From the NCBI GenBank assembly GCA_965224085.1, contig CBDCYI010000011.1:1376001-1440000 (forward strand): a DNA stretch of 64,000 bases. Reading direction: 5' to 3'. Origin of the DNA: Candidatus Marinacidobacterales bacterium (lineage in GTDB: Bacteria; Acidobacteriota; Vicinamibacteria; Marinacidobacterales; SMYC01). The notes beneath the pieces are model-generated. The model worked only from the letters and a program-made list of their open reading frames with translations, was not told the origin of the DNA and made no database searches. Below are positions 37,029 through 47,209 of the stretch, in pieces. Made by a program: the position numbers and the translations under genes. How positions within the stretch are numbered: position 1 is the stretch's first letter; each line of letters opens with the position of its first letter.

Positions 37029-38135
37029 ATGCGCATCGCCCTCGTCCACGACTGGCTCACCGGCTTGCGCGGCGGCGAGAAAGTTCTCGAGGGTTTCTGC
37101 GAGCTCTTTCCCGACGCGACGCTCTTCACACTAGTGCACGTCACAGGGGTAACGAGTCCCCGGATCGAGTCGCTTCCGATCCGCACCGCGTTCACGCAAA
37201 AGCTTCCGGGGGCGAAACGACTATATCGCTGGTATCTGCCGCTCCACCCCTGGGCCATCGAATCGCTCGATCTCAGCGGATTCGATCTTGTGCTCTCGAG
37301 CTCGCATTGCGTCGCCAAAGGGGTCCAGCCGGCCGAGGGCGCACTTCACATCTGCTACTGCCATACCCCAATGCGCTACGTTTGGGACCGGTTTCACGAC
37401 TATTTCGGCTCGGGGTTAAAGGCCAAGCTTCTCTACGGCCCCGTCGCAAAGAAGCTTCGCGCCTGGGACCGCGCCTCGGCTAGCCGTGTCGATCATTTCG
37501 TTGCTAACTCGAGTTATGTCGCCGAGCGCATCGACAGGTATTACGGGCGCGCGACCGATGCCGTGATCCCACCGCCGGTCGACACCGACTTCTACGTACC
37601 GTCCATATCCGATGGCGAATCCGACGGCCAATCCTTCTGCCTCGTGGTCTCCGCCCTCGTACCGTATAAGAGAATCGATCTCGCCATCGAGGCCTTTCGC
37701 CATCGGAAAGACGAGCTGGTCGTCGTCGGAAGCGGGCCGTCGGCAGCCCGGCTAAAGGCAACCGCACCCCCGAACGTCCGTTTTCTCGGCTGGGCCGATG
37801 ATGCGACCCTGCGCGAGCTGTACCAAACCTGTCGCGCTTGCTTGCTTTTGGGAGTCGAGGACTTCGGGATCGTGCCTCTCGAGGCACAAGCTTGCGGGAC
37901 TCCCGTCGTCGCCTACGGTAAAGGGGGCGCTCTCGATACGGTGCGGGATGGAGAAACAGGCGTTTTTTTCCACGAGCCCACACCCGAAGCCCTATCGCGC
38001 GCCATTGACAATGTATACTCGTTGGGAGTAAATAAAAAGCTGCTCCGGGAGTGGGCGCTCGGCTTCTCGCGAGAAGCGTTTCAAAACCGCATGAGAGAGT
38101 TCATAAATACACGTGCCAAAGCGGCCGGTCTCTAA
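37029..38135 (+). CDS. Glycosyltransferase family 4 (WbaZ-like)
   Basis: VHDWL...GGEKVL, YCHTPMRY.W, EDFGIVPLEAQACG. Confidence 0.9.
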   Translation: MRIALVHDWLTGLRGGEKVLEGFCELFPDATLFTLVHVTGVTSPRIESLPIRTAFTQKLPGAKRLYRWYLPLHPWAIESLDLSGFDLVLSSSHCVAKGVQPAEGALHICYCHTPMRYVWDRFHDYFGSGLKAKLLYGPVAKKLRAWDRASASRVDHFVANSSYVAERIDRYYGRATDAVIPPPVDTDFYVPSISDGESDGQSFCLVVSALVPYKRIDLAIEAFRHRKDELVVVGSGPSAARLKATAPPNVRFLGWADDATLRELYQTCRACLLLGVEDFGIVPLEAQACGTPVVAYGKGGALDTVRDGETGVFFHEPTPEALSRAIDNVYSLGVNKKLLREWALGFSREAFQNRMREFINTRAKAAGL

Positions 38136-38146
38136 CAGGCTGCTTC

Positions 38147-39583
38147 ATGGTCAAACAGCAAAGCCGGATCTGGACAGGCATTTACTTGGCCAGCGATCTT
38201 GTCGCCACGTTGTCTGCTTTCGGCTTCGCCTATTTCGTACGATTCGAGAGCGGCTGGTTCCACGTCACCAAAGGCGTCAACCCCTTCAGTCAGTATTTGC
38301 TGCTGCTTCTGCTTATCATTCCCCTCTGGCCTCCCCTCTTTTACGCGCACGGGCTCTACAGCTTGAAGCGGATCCGCTCGCGCACGGACGAGCTTTTCTC
38401 GATCATCTGGGCTGTGGCGATGGGGACGGCCGTGACGCTATTCGTGGCCCTCTATGCGCGCGTCTACTACCTCTATGGTCCGCCCGCGTTCTCCGGACGG
38501 TACGAGTTCTCCCAGCTCGTGCTCGGCTTGTTCGTCATTTTCGACGTCACAGCACTCACCGTCGCGCGCACCGTCATTCGCCGCAAGCGTGAAGCCCGCT
38601 GGCGCCGCGGCGAAGGCCTCAGGAGCATCTTGATTGCCGGCGCCGGCCAACTTGGACGCACCGTCGCCGACAAGTTGATCGACCACCAAGAGATGGGTTT
38701 TCGGGTAACCGGATTTCTCGACGATAAGCTGCGCGGCGAGTTCGCGGGCCATCGCGGTATCCCGATCCTCGGCGGTGTCGACGACGTGGCCGACATCGTC
38801 TCTAACGCAACGGTGGATTCGCTCTACATCGCGCTGCCACTCGAAGCCCACAACAAGATCCGCCACCTCGTCGCCTTCGCGAACCGTGAGGCGCTCGACG
38901 TCAAAGTCGCCTGGGACTACTTGACCGATGCGGCGCTTCACGCTGGGGTCGAAGATCTCGATGGGATGCCGATCATCAATCTCTCCCAGCCCCCTATCCG
39001 CGGCTGGAATTGGCTCGTGAAGCGCGTCATGGACATGGCGGTCTCTGGCGCACTTCTTACCCTCCTCGCCATCCCTTTCGCCGTCATCGCCGTTCTGATC
39101 AAGCTCACCTCCAAGGGTCCGGTGTTCTACGCGCAAGAGCGCATGGGTCTCGACAACAAGTCCTTCACGATTTACAAGTTTCGGTCGATGCACGACGAGG
39201 CCGAAAAAGGGACGGGCCCCGTTTGGGCCGTTTCGGAGGATCCGAGACGTACGGGCCTTGGCCAGCTTCTGCGCCGCTTCAGTGTCGACGAACTGCCTCA
39301 GCTCTATAACGTGCTCAAGGGAGACATGTCTCTCGTGGGGCCGCGACCGGAGAGGCCGAACTTTGTCCAAGAGTTCAAGAGCCGCATCCCTCAATACATG
39401 CTTCGCCACAAGGTCAAATCCGGCATGACAGGCTGGGCACAAGTGAACGGATGGCGCGGCAATACTTCCATCGAGAAGCGGATCGAGCACGACCTCTACT
39501 ACATCCAGAACTGGTCGCTCACGCTCGATGTTCAAATCCTCTGGCGCACTTGGCGCGCCGTTCTCCAAAAGCACGCATTTTGA
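38147..39583 (+). CDS. Undecaprenyl-phosphate sugar phosphotransferase (WcaJ family)
   Basis: N-terminal TMs, [40 protein letters not shown]. Confidence 0.93.
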   Translation: MVKQQSRIWTGIYLASDLVATLSAFGFAYFVRFESGWFHVTKGVNPFSQYLLLLLLIIPLWPPLFYAHGLYSLKRIRSRTDELFSIIWAVAMGTAVTLFVALYARVYYLYGPPAFSGRYEFSQLVLGLFVIFDVTALTVARTVIRRKREARWRRGEGLRSILIAGAGQLGRTVADKLIDHQEMGFRVTGFLDDKLRGEFAGHRGIPILGGVDDVADIVSNATVDSLYIALPLEAHNKIRHLVAFANREALDVKVAWDYLTDAALHAGVEDLDGMPIINLSQPPIRGWNWLVKRVMDMAVSGALLTLLAIPFAVIAVLIKLTSKGPVFYAQERMGLDNKSFTIYKFRSMHDEAEKGTGPVWAVSEDPRRTGLGQLLRRFSVDELPQLYNVLKGDMSLVGPRPERPNFVQEFKSRIPQYMLRHKVKSGMTGWAQVNGWRGNTSIEKRIEHDLYYIQNWSLTLDVQILWRTWRAVLQKHAF

Positions 39584-40518
39584 CGAAGCGCACGCTCATT
39601 ACCGGCGCGGCAGGATTCATCGGCTCGCACCTCGTCGACTATCTACTTGCCCGGGATCACGAAGTCATCGGGATGGACAACTTCATCACCGGCAACCCGA
39701 AAAACCTCGCGCATATCAAGAGCCCCCGGTTCACGCTTGTCGAGCACGACGTCACGGAAGAGATTCACGTCGACGGCGCGATCGACCACATCCTTCACTT
39801 CGCAAGCCCTGCAAGCCCCATCGACTATCTCGAGCTTCCCATCCAGACACTGAAAGTCGGCTCGCTCGGAACGCACAAAACTTTGGGCGTCGCGAAAGCG
39901 AAGAAAGCAGCGTTTCTTTTGGCCTCGACGTCGGAAGTCTATGGCGATCCGCTCGTCCATCCGCAGACGGAAGATTACTGGGGCAACGTCAATCCGATCG
40001 GACCACGCGGCGTCTATGACGAGGCGAAGCGCTTCGCCGAAGCGATGAGCGTCGCCTATCGTCGCTTCCACGGCGTCGACGTAAAGGTCGCGCGCATCTT
40101 CAACACCTATGGGCCGAGAATGCGCGTTCGAGACGGCCGCGCAATCCCTGCCTTCGTGAGCCAAGCGCTCACGGGCGAGCCGATAACGGTGTTCGGCGAT
40201 GGACAACAGACCAGAAGTTTTTGCTTCGTGGACGACCTCGTCGAAGGTCTGTGCCGCCTCGCGTTCTCGAAACATCCCGGCCCCGTCAATATCGGAAACC
40301 CAGCCGAGATGACGATGCTCGAGCTCGCGAAAGTCATCGTCGAGATGACGGGCTCGAAGAGTGAGATAACGTTCAAGCCGCTGCCCGAGGACGATCCGAA
40401 AATACGCCAGCCCGATATCACCCTCGCGAACAACCTCCTCGATTGGAGCCCGAAACTCACCCTTGAGGACGGCTTGACGCAGACCATCGCTTATTTTAGG
40501 CAAGCGCTCGGGCTTTGA
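39580..40518 (+). CDS. UDP-glucuronate decarboxylase (UDP-xylose synthase) family
   Basis: [42 protein letters not shown]; TTG start overlaps upstream stop. Confidence 0.92.
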   Translation: MTKRTLITGAAGFIGSHLVDYLLARDHEVIGMDNFITGNPKNLAHIKSPRFTLVEHDVTEEIHVDGAIDHILHFASPASPIDYLELPIQTLKVGSLGTHKTLGVAKAKKAAFLLASTSEVYGDPLVHPQTEDYWGNVNPIGPRGVYDEAKRFAEAMSVAYRRFHGVDVKVARIFNTYGPRMRVRDGRAIPAFVSQALTGEPITVFGDGQQTRSFCFVDDLVEGLCRLAFSKHPGPVNIGNPAEMTMLELAKVIVEMTGSKSEITFKPLPEDDPKIRQPDITLANNLLDWSPKLTLEDGLTQTIAYFRQALGL

Positions 40519-40538
40519 GTCCGCGGTCGAGGTCCGGG

Positions 40539-40628
40539 CAAGAATAAATGCCGATTCTTGCGCCCGATCTAATAAAGGGCGCCCGCATGGCAAAGCGCGG
40601 GATGTCCAAGAATCGGCAGTTATTCTTG
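40539..40628. repeat. Branched palindrome (REP/MITE-like)
   Basis: 22-bp arms CAAGAATAAATGCCGATTCTTG / CAAGAATCGGCAGTTATTCTTG (1 mismatch) enclosing two small hairpins. Confidence 0.7.
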
Positions 40629-40732
40629 GGCCCTTAGCTGCCTGCCACCTGTTACCGGCGACCGTTGCTTGCGACGGACGACTGACGCTTTTACCACACA
40701 CCGTGATAGCATCCTCGGTTTGAGGGGGTTGG

Positions 40733-41689
40733 ATGAGTACAGTCGGCAGGTTTGCTCTCCTTACGGCATCTTTTCTTGCGCCACAGGTAGTGCAGTGTCA
40801 GACACTTTCCTTTGCAACCGGCAATCCTTCTGGGATCTATTATCCACTTGGGGGCGGGCTCGCCTCCATCTGGTCTCGTTACGTCGACGGCATCAACATC
40901 AAAGCTGAAGTGACGGCGGGGTCGGTGACCAACCTCGTACAGGTCGCGAAGCTCGAAAGCCATGTCGGCTTCGCCCAGGGGGACTCGGTCGCAGACGCGG
41001 TCGCCGGAGAGGGACGTTTTCCCTATCCGCTTCCGCTCGCGATCCTCGGCAAGATGTATCCGAACGTCGTTCACCTCGTGACGGTCGAGCGCTCGGGCAT
41101 CACATCGTTCGAGGATTTGAAGGGGAAGAAGGTTTCCGTTGGCCCGCCTGGGTCGGGAAATTTCGTGACCGCTTGGAACATCCTCAAAGCACTCGGGATC
41201 ACCGAGAGCGACTTTACTGTTCGCCAGCTCAACTACTCGGAGACGTCGAACGGACTCAAGGACGGCACGATCGACGCGGGTTTCATCGCCGGCGGGCTCG
41301 GCATCGCCGCGGTAGTGGAGCTCGCGGTCACGCGCAAGATTGCTCTCGTCCCCTTCACGGATGAACAAATGAAGAAGGTGACGGCGCACATCCCCGCCTA
41401 TTCGGCGTTCTCGGTACCGCCAGGGATCTATCGCGGCGTTGACGAGCCGGTCCAGACGCCGACACTCTGGAACCTCCTGGTCGTCCATCGTGAGATGGAT
41501 GAGGACGTGGCGTACCGGCTCATCAAAGCGTTGTTCGACTTTCGTGGGAGTTTGGAGCACATCTCGAGAGTCGCCCAGTTCTTCGTCCCCGAAACCGCAG
41601 CTTCAATAGGCTCCCTGCCGCTTCACCCTGGCGCGAAACGTTACTATGACGAGATCCTCGGAACCACACGGGCAAGAGCAGCCAAATAG
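40733..41689 (+). CDS. TAXI-family TRAP solute receptor
   Basis: ATG..SG.YY.LG, T.GSV.N, G..GSG, PLHPGA.RYY. Confidence 0.93.
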   Translation: MSTVGRFALLTASFLAPQVVQCQTLSFATGNPSGIYYPLGGGLASIWSRYVDGINIKAEVTAGSVTNLVQVAKLESHVGFAQGDSVADAVAGEGRFPYPLPLAILGKMYPNVVHLVTVERSGITSFEDLKGKKVSVGPPGSGNFVTAWNILKALGITESDFTVRQLNYSETSNGLKDGTIDAGFIAGGLGIAAVVELAVTRKIALVPFTDEQMKKVTAHIPAYSAFSVPPGIYRGVDEPVQTPTLWNLLVVHREMDEDVAYRLIKALFDFRGSLEHISRVAQFFVPETAASIGSLPLHPGAKRYYDEILGTTRARAAK

Positions 41690-43574
41690 CGAATCGGCCC
41701 GCCTCGAGGAGACTCTTTTGAAGATCGCATTCGTTGGCGCCATAGCACTATCTTGCTTTCAGGTCTGGCAGAGTGTCACGGGCTCGATCGGCGCCACTTT
41801 CATGCGCCCGGCCCATCTCACCTGGGTGCTCGTGCTCACCTTTGTCTACCATCCGTCCGTGCGCGATCCGGCTTCGAGCCGATACCGTCTCGGCCGTGGC
41901 GTAGATCTCGCGCTCGCCGCACTCGCGCTCTATAGCGGCTATGTCATTTTGACCTTCGACTATCGCGCGATCGACCACATCCTGAACGGTCTCGAACCCC
42001 ACGATTTCATCTCTGGGCTCGTATTCGTCGCGCTTTTGTTTGAAGCGACGCGGCGCTCGATCGGCTGGGTCATGGTCGCCATCGGCGGCGTCTTCATCCT
42101 CTATAACGCCTACGGAAACTTTCTCCCCGACCTCGTGGCCAATCGCGGCTTCACCTTCGAGCGAATCGTACGCTTTCAAGTCTTTTCCGGCGCCGGTATC
42201 TTCGGAACGCCCCTCGGAATAGCCGCGAGCACCGTGTTCATGTTCGTGTTGTTCGGAGCGTTTCTCGAGGTTACGGGCGCGGGTCGTTTTTTCATCGACC
42301 TCGCTTTCGCCGGAGCGGGCCGCTACCGCGGCGGCCCCGCCAAAGCGAGCGTCGTCGCCTCCGCGGCGATGGGCTCTATCTCCGGCTCCGCCATCGCGAA
42401 TACGGTTTCGACCGGCGCGCTCACCATCCCCATGATGAAAAAGCTCGGATACCGCTCCGATCAAGCCGCAGGCATCGAGGCTGCGGCATCGACCGGCGGA
42501 CAGATCATGCCGCCTATCATGGGCGCGGGCGCTTTCATCATGGCGGAGTTCACGAGAACGCCCTATAACAACATCGTCGTGCTATCGATCGCACCGGCCC
42601 TCATGTACTTTTTGTGCACTCTTCTCTTCGTCCACTTGATGGCGGCGAAGCTCGGCCTTCGTGGCCTCACCGGCACGCCGGCGATCGCGGGAACACTTCG
42701 GGACGGCTATCACTTCTTCGTCCCGCTCATCATCGTCACCGTACTCCTGCTCTTGAACTATTCGCCGCCAATCGTCGGCGCGATCGGAAGCGGGGCGGTC
42801 ATCCTCACGGGAGCGCTGCGCGTCCGGACCCGAGTCGGTTTCCGAACCATCCTCGATGGCTTGAAACGGGGTGCGGTGATGGCGCTCCCGATCTCGGCAG
42901 CCTGCGCCACCGCTGGTATCGTTGTGGGCGTTATCGGCCAGACCGGGATTGGCTTGCAGTTTACCGAGTCCGTCGTCGACCTCGCCGGCGGCGCGCTCTG
43001 GCTCGCGCTCGTCCTCATCGCCGCAGCGGCTCTCATTCTCGGGATGGGGCTCCCCGTGACCGCCGCTTACATCGTGATTGCCGTCATGGCCGCTCCGGCG
43101 CTTTCGAGCCTGGGCTTGCCGCTCATCGTTGCCCACATGATCATCTTCTGGCTCTCTCAAACCTCGAACGTGACGCCGCCGATCGCTCTGGCTGCCTTCG
43201 CGGGCGCGGGTATCGCCGGCGCGTCGCCGATGCGCACTGCCGTCGAAGCGCTCAAGCTGTCGGCGGGTTTTTTCATCATTCCGTTGATGATGGCCTATTC
43301 GGGCCTCCTGATGGTCGACGGCGTGTCGCTTTTGGACGGTCTCTGGTCAGTCCTCGTTACCGCGGGACTCATCGCTGTTGTCGCGTTTGCCGTGGAAGGC
43401 TATGCGTCCGTTCCGACCAAGCTTGTCGAAAGAGGGCTCTTCGCGCTCTCGGCCGTCATGCTCGTCTATCCCGATAGCCGTAGCCGAACGCTCGGGCTCG
43501 CGTTAGGGCTCACGGTCTTCGGCGTCAACGTGATTCGAGGAAAGGCAACATCCAAAGGACCCGCGCAAGAATAG
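41646..43574 (+). CDS. TRAP transporter fused permease (DctQM, TAXI type)
   Basis: G.FG.P, F.LFG.FL, GGPAK, EA.ASTGGQIMPP.MGA.AF, GMGLP, TPP.ALAAF. Confidence 0.93.
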   Translation: MTRSSEPHGQEQPNSESARLEETLLKIAFVGAIALSCFQVWQSVTGSIGATFMRPAHLTWVLVLTFVYHPSVRDPASSRYRLGRGVDLALAALALYSGYVILTFDYRAIDHILNGLEPHDFISGLVFVALLFEATRRSIGWVMVAIGGVFILYNAYGNFLPDLVANRGFTFERIVRFQVFSGAGIFGTPLGIAASTVFMFVLFGAFLEVTGAGRFFIDLAFAGAGRYRGGPAKASVVASAAMGSISGSAIANTVSTGALTIPMMKKLGYRSDQAAGIEAAASTGGQIMPPIMGAGAFIMAEFTRTPYNNIVVLSIAPALMYFLCTLLFVHLMAAKLGLRGLTGTPAIAGTLRDGYHFFVPLIIVTVLLLLNYSPPIVGAIGSGAVILTGALRVRTRVGFRTILDGLKRGAVMALPISAACATAGIVVGVIGQTGIGLQFTESVVDLAGGALWLALVLIAAAALILGMGLPVTAAYIVIAVMAAPALSSLGLPLIVAHMIIFWLSQTSNVTPPIALAAFAGAGIAGASPMRTAVEALKLSAGFFIIPLMMAYSGLLMVDGVSLLDGLWSVLVTAGLIAVVAFAVEGYASVPTKLVERGLFALSAVMLVYPDSRSRTLGLALGLTVFGVNVIRGKATSKGPAQE

Positions 43575-43609
43575 CTTCACATTTGGGGACAACGAGAACT
43601 GGAGGCGCT

Positions 43610-44553
43610 ATGACACGCATGTCGTTGGTCTTGTTCGTCGTCTCGTGGACGGCCCTCGCGAGCGCTCAGACGAATCCACTGTGGACCGAGAATAAAATCA
43701 AAAACTATCTCCCGCACATGAGCTGGCCCGAAGTCGAGGCGCTCGCCGAGCGCACCGATATGGTGATTATCCCTGTCGGCTCGCTCGAGCAGCATGGTCC
43801 TCAGCTTCCCATCGGAACAGATGTCTTGAACGGTATCGAGCGAGCGAAGCTCATCGCACGAGAGACCGACGTGCTCGTCGCGCCGATCCTGCTGCCCGGC
43901 AACTCGCCCTATCACATGGAGTTCTCGGGAACGATCACGCTGTCGCTCGAGACGATCCAAGCCGTCTATGTCGAGGCTGCCGCGTCGCTCATGAAACACG
44001 GCTTCACACGCTTCCTCATCTTGAACGCGCATGGCGGCAACCGCGTCGTTTCACGCTTCATCGCCGACCGCATCAATCACGAGACCGCCGGGATCGCGGT
44101 CGAGCTCGGCGAGGCTGCAGCCCCGTTCATGGCGCAGCGTTTCTCGACACAGGAGGCGCCGCGCCAATTCGACCGTCACGGCGGCGTCGGCGAAACCTCG
44201 AACGCTCTTTACTTGATCCCGGCGCTCGTCGAGCTCGACAGAAGCGAGCTCGCCGGGCTTTCGATTCCAGAACACCTACAAGCGATGGTACCTTCGATCC
44301 TCGAAGGCGACGAGACCGCGCTACGTGTGTTTCTCGCCGAAGCCCTCAAGGCCGAGGCCGCCGGCAAGGGCACGACCGCACGGGACATGTCGACGACTGG
44401 AGTGTGGAGCGTACGCAATCCTAACCTAACGAGGCGACCGTTGAGCGAGGACGTGACGCCGCCGAGCGTTTCGTCGACGCCGCCGTCGCGTTCGTCGAGC
44501 GATGGAACGAGCTCAGGCCCCCGGGCCTTGGCAGAGCCGCTCGACCTCGCTGA
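43610..44553 (+). pseudogene. Secreted creatininase-family amidohydrolase with late frameshift
   Basis: PVGSLEQHG..LP.GTD, SPYH..F.GT, NAHGGN, HGG..ETS. Removing the CTAAC duplication at 44421-44430 restores NEATVERG...FVERW and TGA at 44553. Confidence 0.8.
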
Positions 44554-45835
44554 GCTCTTTGGGAACGGCTTCGGTCAAGACACGCCGCCCGCTTCTCGTG
44601 ACAAGAACGTCGTCTTCGATGCGCACGCCAATTCCGCGATAGCGTTCCGGGACGGAGCGATCGCGCGGGCCGAAGTAAAGCCCGGGCTCCACGGTCAAGA
44701 CCATACCGGCTCGAAGGCGGCGCGGCTTGCCGTCCGGATCGACATAGCCGCCCGCATCATGCACGTCCATCCCCAGCCAATGGCTGGTGCCGTGCATGAA
44801 CCAACGACGGTGGGCCTCTTTCGCTAGAAGCTTTTTCCGCTCTCCCTTCAAGAGGCCGAGCGCACGGAGTCCATCGACGGTAGCGCGGACCGCGGCCTGG
44901 TGAGGCGCACTCCACAGCCGACCCGGCGAGACGGCGTGAAGAGCCGCCTTCTGAGCCCGCAGGACGATCCGGTAAATCTCGGCTTGCGGCTCGGAGAAAG
45001 TTCCGGAGACCGGGAACGTGCGCGTGATGTCCGCGGTGTACATGGCGAGCTCGGCGCCGGCATCGAGAAGTACGAGCTCGCCGCGTCGCATCCTCCGATC
45101 GTTCACGACGTAGTGAAGGACACAGGCGTTCTTCCCGCTCGCTACGATCGACTCGTAGCCATTTCGACGCGAGCCGAGCCGGCGAAACGTCGCTTCGACC
45201 TCCGCCTGTAGCTCGTACTCCATGATTCCAGGTCGGGCGAACGCCATCGCGCGGCGATGCCCCGTGGCGCTTACCACGGCGGCGCGATCGAGCGCTTCGA
45301 TCTCGTCGCGATCTTTGACGAGCCTCTCGGTGGCGATCATCGGCCCGGGATCTTCGATGACGGGGTGCGCGGAAGGGTTCCCTCGATAGTCGGCGATGGC
45401 CAGCCTCTCGAAGACACGCTCCAGCGAACGATCCATGAGCCCATCCGCTCCGAGCTTGTAGAACAAGCGTTTCGTTTTTCCGAGAATCGCCTCGAGCCGT
45501 TCGTAGAGCGAGACCATGGGATAGGCCTCGTCGAAACCGAGATGTTTTACCGCGCGGCACGGACCCGAGCGCGGGCCGTCCCAGATTTCGCGCTCGGGCT
45601 CGCGTGGCCTTAGAAACAAGATCGCGTGATGCTCGCGCGCGCTCGAGCGTGTCGCGACGAGCACGGATTCGGGCTCGTTGAAGCCGGTGAGATAGTGAAA
45701 ATCACTACCCGGGCGAAAGGCGTGGGCGACATCCCCATTGCGAAACCGGACGGGTGCCGTGGGCAAAACGAGCAGACCGTCGCCGAGTCGGTTGAGAACG
45801 CGTTGACGACGCCTCCGAAAAAGCTCAGATGACAT
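44513..45835 (-). CDS. pepP: Xaa-Pro aminopeptidase P
   Basis: F.YLTGF.EP, WDG.R.G, LHY, DAG, DITRT, HGTSHWLG.DVHD, EPG.Y, RIEDD. Confidence 0.93.
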   Translation of the reverse strand: MSSELFRRRRQRVLNRLGDGLLVLPTAPVRFRNGDVAHAFRPGSDFHYLTGFNEPESVLVATRSSAREHHAILFLRPREPEREIWDGPRSGPCRAVKHLGFDEAYPMVSLYERLEAILGKTKRLFYKLGADGLMDRSLERVFERLAIADYRGNPSAHPVIEDPGPMIATERLVKDRDEIEALDRAAVVSATGHRRAMAFARPGIMEYELQAEVEATFRRLGSRRNGYESIVASGKNACVLHYVVNDRRMRRGELVLLDAGAELAMYTADITRTFPVSGTFSEPQAEIYRIVLRAQKAALHAVSPGRLWSAPHQAAVRATVDGLRALGLLKGERKKLLAKEAHRRWFMHGTSHWLGMDVHDAGGYVDPDGKPRRLRAGMVLTVEPGLYFGPRDRSVPERYRGIGVRIEDDVLVTRSGRRVLTEAVPKELSEVERLCQGPGA

Positions 45836-46976
45836 TGAGCTCCGGGACCGCGGCTGATTGAAACCGCTCGATGGCATAGGGCGCGATATCCATGCTCAAC
45901 GCGGCGCCGTCGACGATGAGCTCGGAGATGACGAGCCCGACCGCGGGCGCGTGCTGCATACCATGCCCGCTGAAACCATTAGCGCAGACGAAATTCTCGA
46001 GCTCCGGAACCGTCCCGAGAATCGCGTTGTGATCGGGAGAGACTTCGTAGAGCCCGGCCACCGTGCTTTGAATCTCGGCTTCCTCGACGCGGGGGACGCG
46101 CGCGATCGCGTGCGCCGTCACTTCGGCGAGAAACTCCCAGTCGACTTGCTGGTTGAAACTGGGAGGCTCGTTGGGATCCGCTTCGCCAATCAACATCCCG
46201 CCGCTCTCTTTGTGCATGTAAACGCCGCTCCCCCAATCGATGAGAAGCGGCAGGCGATCCGGAATCCAGTCCATGGGTTTGGTGACGAAATATTGGCGTT
46301 TCACTGGATCGACCGGGACCTCTAGACCTGCCATCGCACCAACGCTTCGCGCCCAAGGGCCAGCCGCGTTCACCACCCAATCCAGCTCCCACCGATCGTC
46401 ATCGGTTGTTACAACTCGCACTCGACGCCCCTCGATCTCCATACCGGTGACTTCCGACGATCGCGCGATCTCGACGCCGAGCTTGCGCGCGTTCTTCGCA
46501 TAGCCCTGCACGATCGCGTGGGGGTTGGCGAAGCCATCGGCGCCACAAAACGTCGCGCCGACGAGATCGTCGATGGTAAGCACGGGCACGATGCTGCGCG
46601 CTTGTTCCGGCGTAAGCACTTCGACAGGCACGCCGAGCTCCCGTTGCTTCTCTGCGTTGCCTCGAAACATCTCGAGATCGCGCTCCTCGGTCAAAACGAA
46701 CAAGTAGCCATTGCGCTCGAAGTCGATCGTCTCGCCCATCTCGTCTTCGAACCGCTCGAAAGCCGCTATGCTGAGACGCGACATCTCGACGTTCGCGGTA
46801 GTCGAAAACTGAAGCCGCACTCCGCCGGCGCATTTCGCCGTCGAGCCTGTCCCGAGCGCCTCCTCGCGCTCGAAAACAACGATCTTCTTCACGCCGCGCG
46901 CGGCAAGGTGATAGGCAATCGACGCTCCGATGATGCCGCCGCCGACGATGGCGACGTCCGCGTTTTTCGTCATCAT
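45825..46976 (-). CDS. FAD-dependent oxidoreductase (sarcosine oxidase beta / DAO family)
   Basis: GGGIIGASIAYHLA, GST...AGG, VNAAGPW, SPDH..ILG, GFSGHG..HAP..G. Confidence 0.9.
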   Translation of the reverse strand: MMTKNADVAIVGGGIIGASIAYHLAARGVKKIVVFEREEALGTGSTAKCAGGVRLQFSTTANVEMSRLSIAAFERFEDEMGETIDFERNGYLFVLTEERDLEMFRGNAEKQRELGVPVEVLTPEQARSIVPVLTIDDLVGATFCGADGFANPHAIVQGYAKNARKLGVEIARSSEVTGMEIEGRRVRVVTTDDDRWELDWVVNAAGPWARSVGAMAGLEVPVDPVKRQYFVTKPMDWIPDRLPLLIDWGSGVYMHKESGGMLIGEADPNEPPSFNQQVDWEFLAEVTAHAIARVPRVEEAEIQSTVAGLYEVSPDHNAILGTVPELENFVCANGFSGHGMQHAPAVGLVISELIVDGAALSMDIAPYAIERFQSAAVPELNVI

Positions 46977-47101
46977 TGAATGATCGACTGGTAAACGAGG
47001 GAGCCGACCGCTTCCGGCGTCGCCTTCGATAGCTCGCGAGCTGCGACGAGGTTGGGCGCGAGAACCAGAAACAAGATGTAGAAGAGTGTCTTCATACGCA
47101 T
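46973..47101 (-). pseudogene. Internally deleted serine-hydrolase (beta-lactamase-like) remnant, 42 aa
   Basis: MRMKTLFYILFLVLAPNLVAARELSKATPEAVG joined in frame to SLVYQSIIQ*; stop overlaps next ATG. Confidence 0.5.
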
Positions 47102-47209
47102 CTTTTATCACGTCGCCGAAGGAGAGGTACAGCAGCCTGCTAGGGCGAGGGGAGCGCGGCAAGGCCGTCCAAAATGCCCCAGCCCGCCAAGCGCGTCGTA
47201 ATCGTCAGC

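Noticed and set aside
38005-38034. Internal TTGACA promoter for the WcaJ-type gene
   Set aside because: No -10 hexamer at proper spacing.
44513-45835. Creatinase completing a creatinine-creatine-sarcosine pathway
   Set aside because: All metal ligands of aminopeptidase P are present; creatinases lack them.
47129-47143. CAGCCTGCTA motif here and near 50240 as IS/MITE ends
   Set aside because: Only 10 bp, same orientation, no partner inverted repeat.
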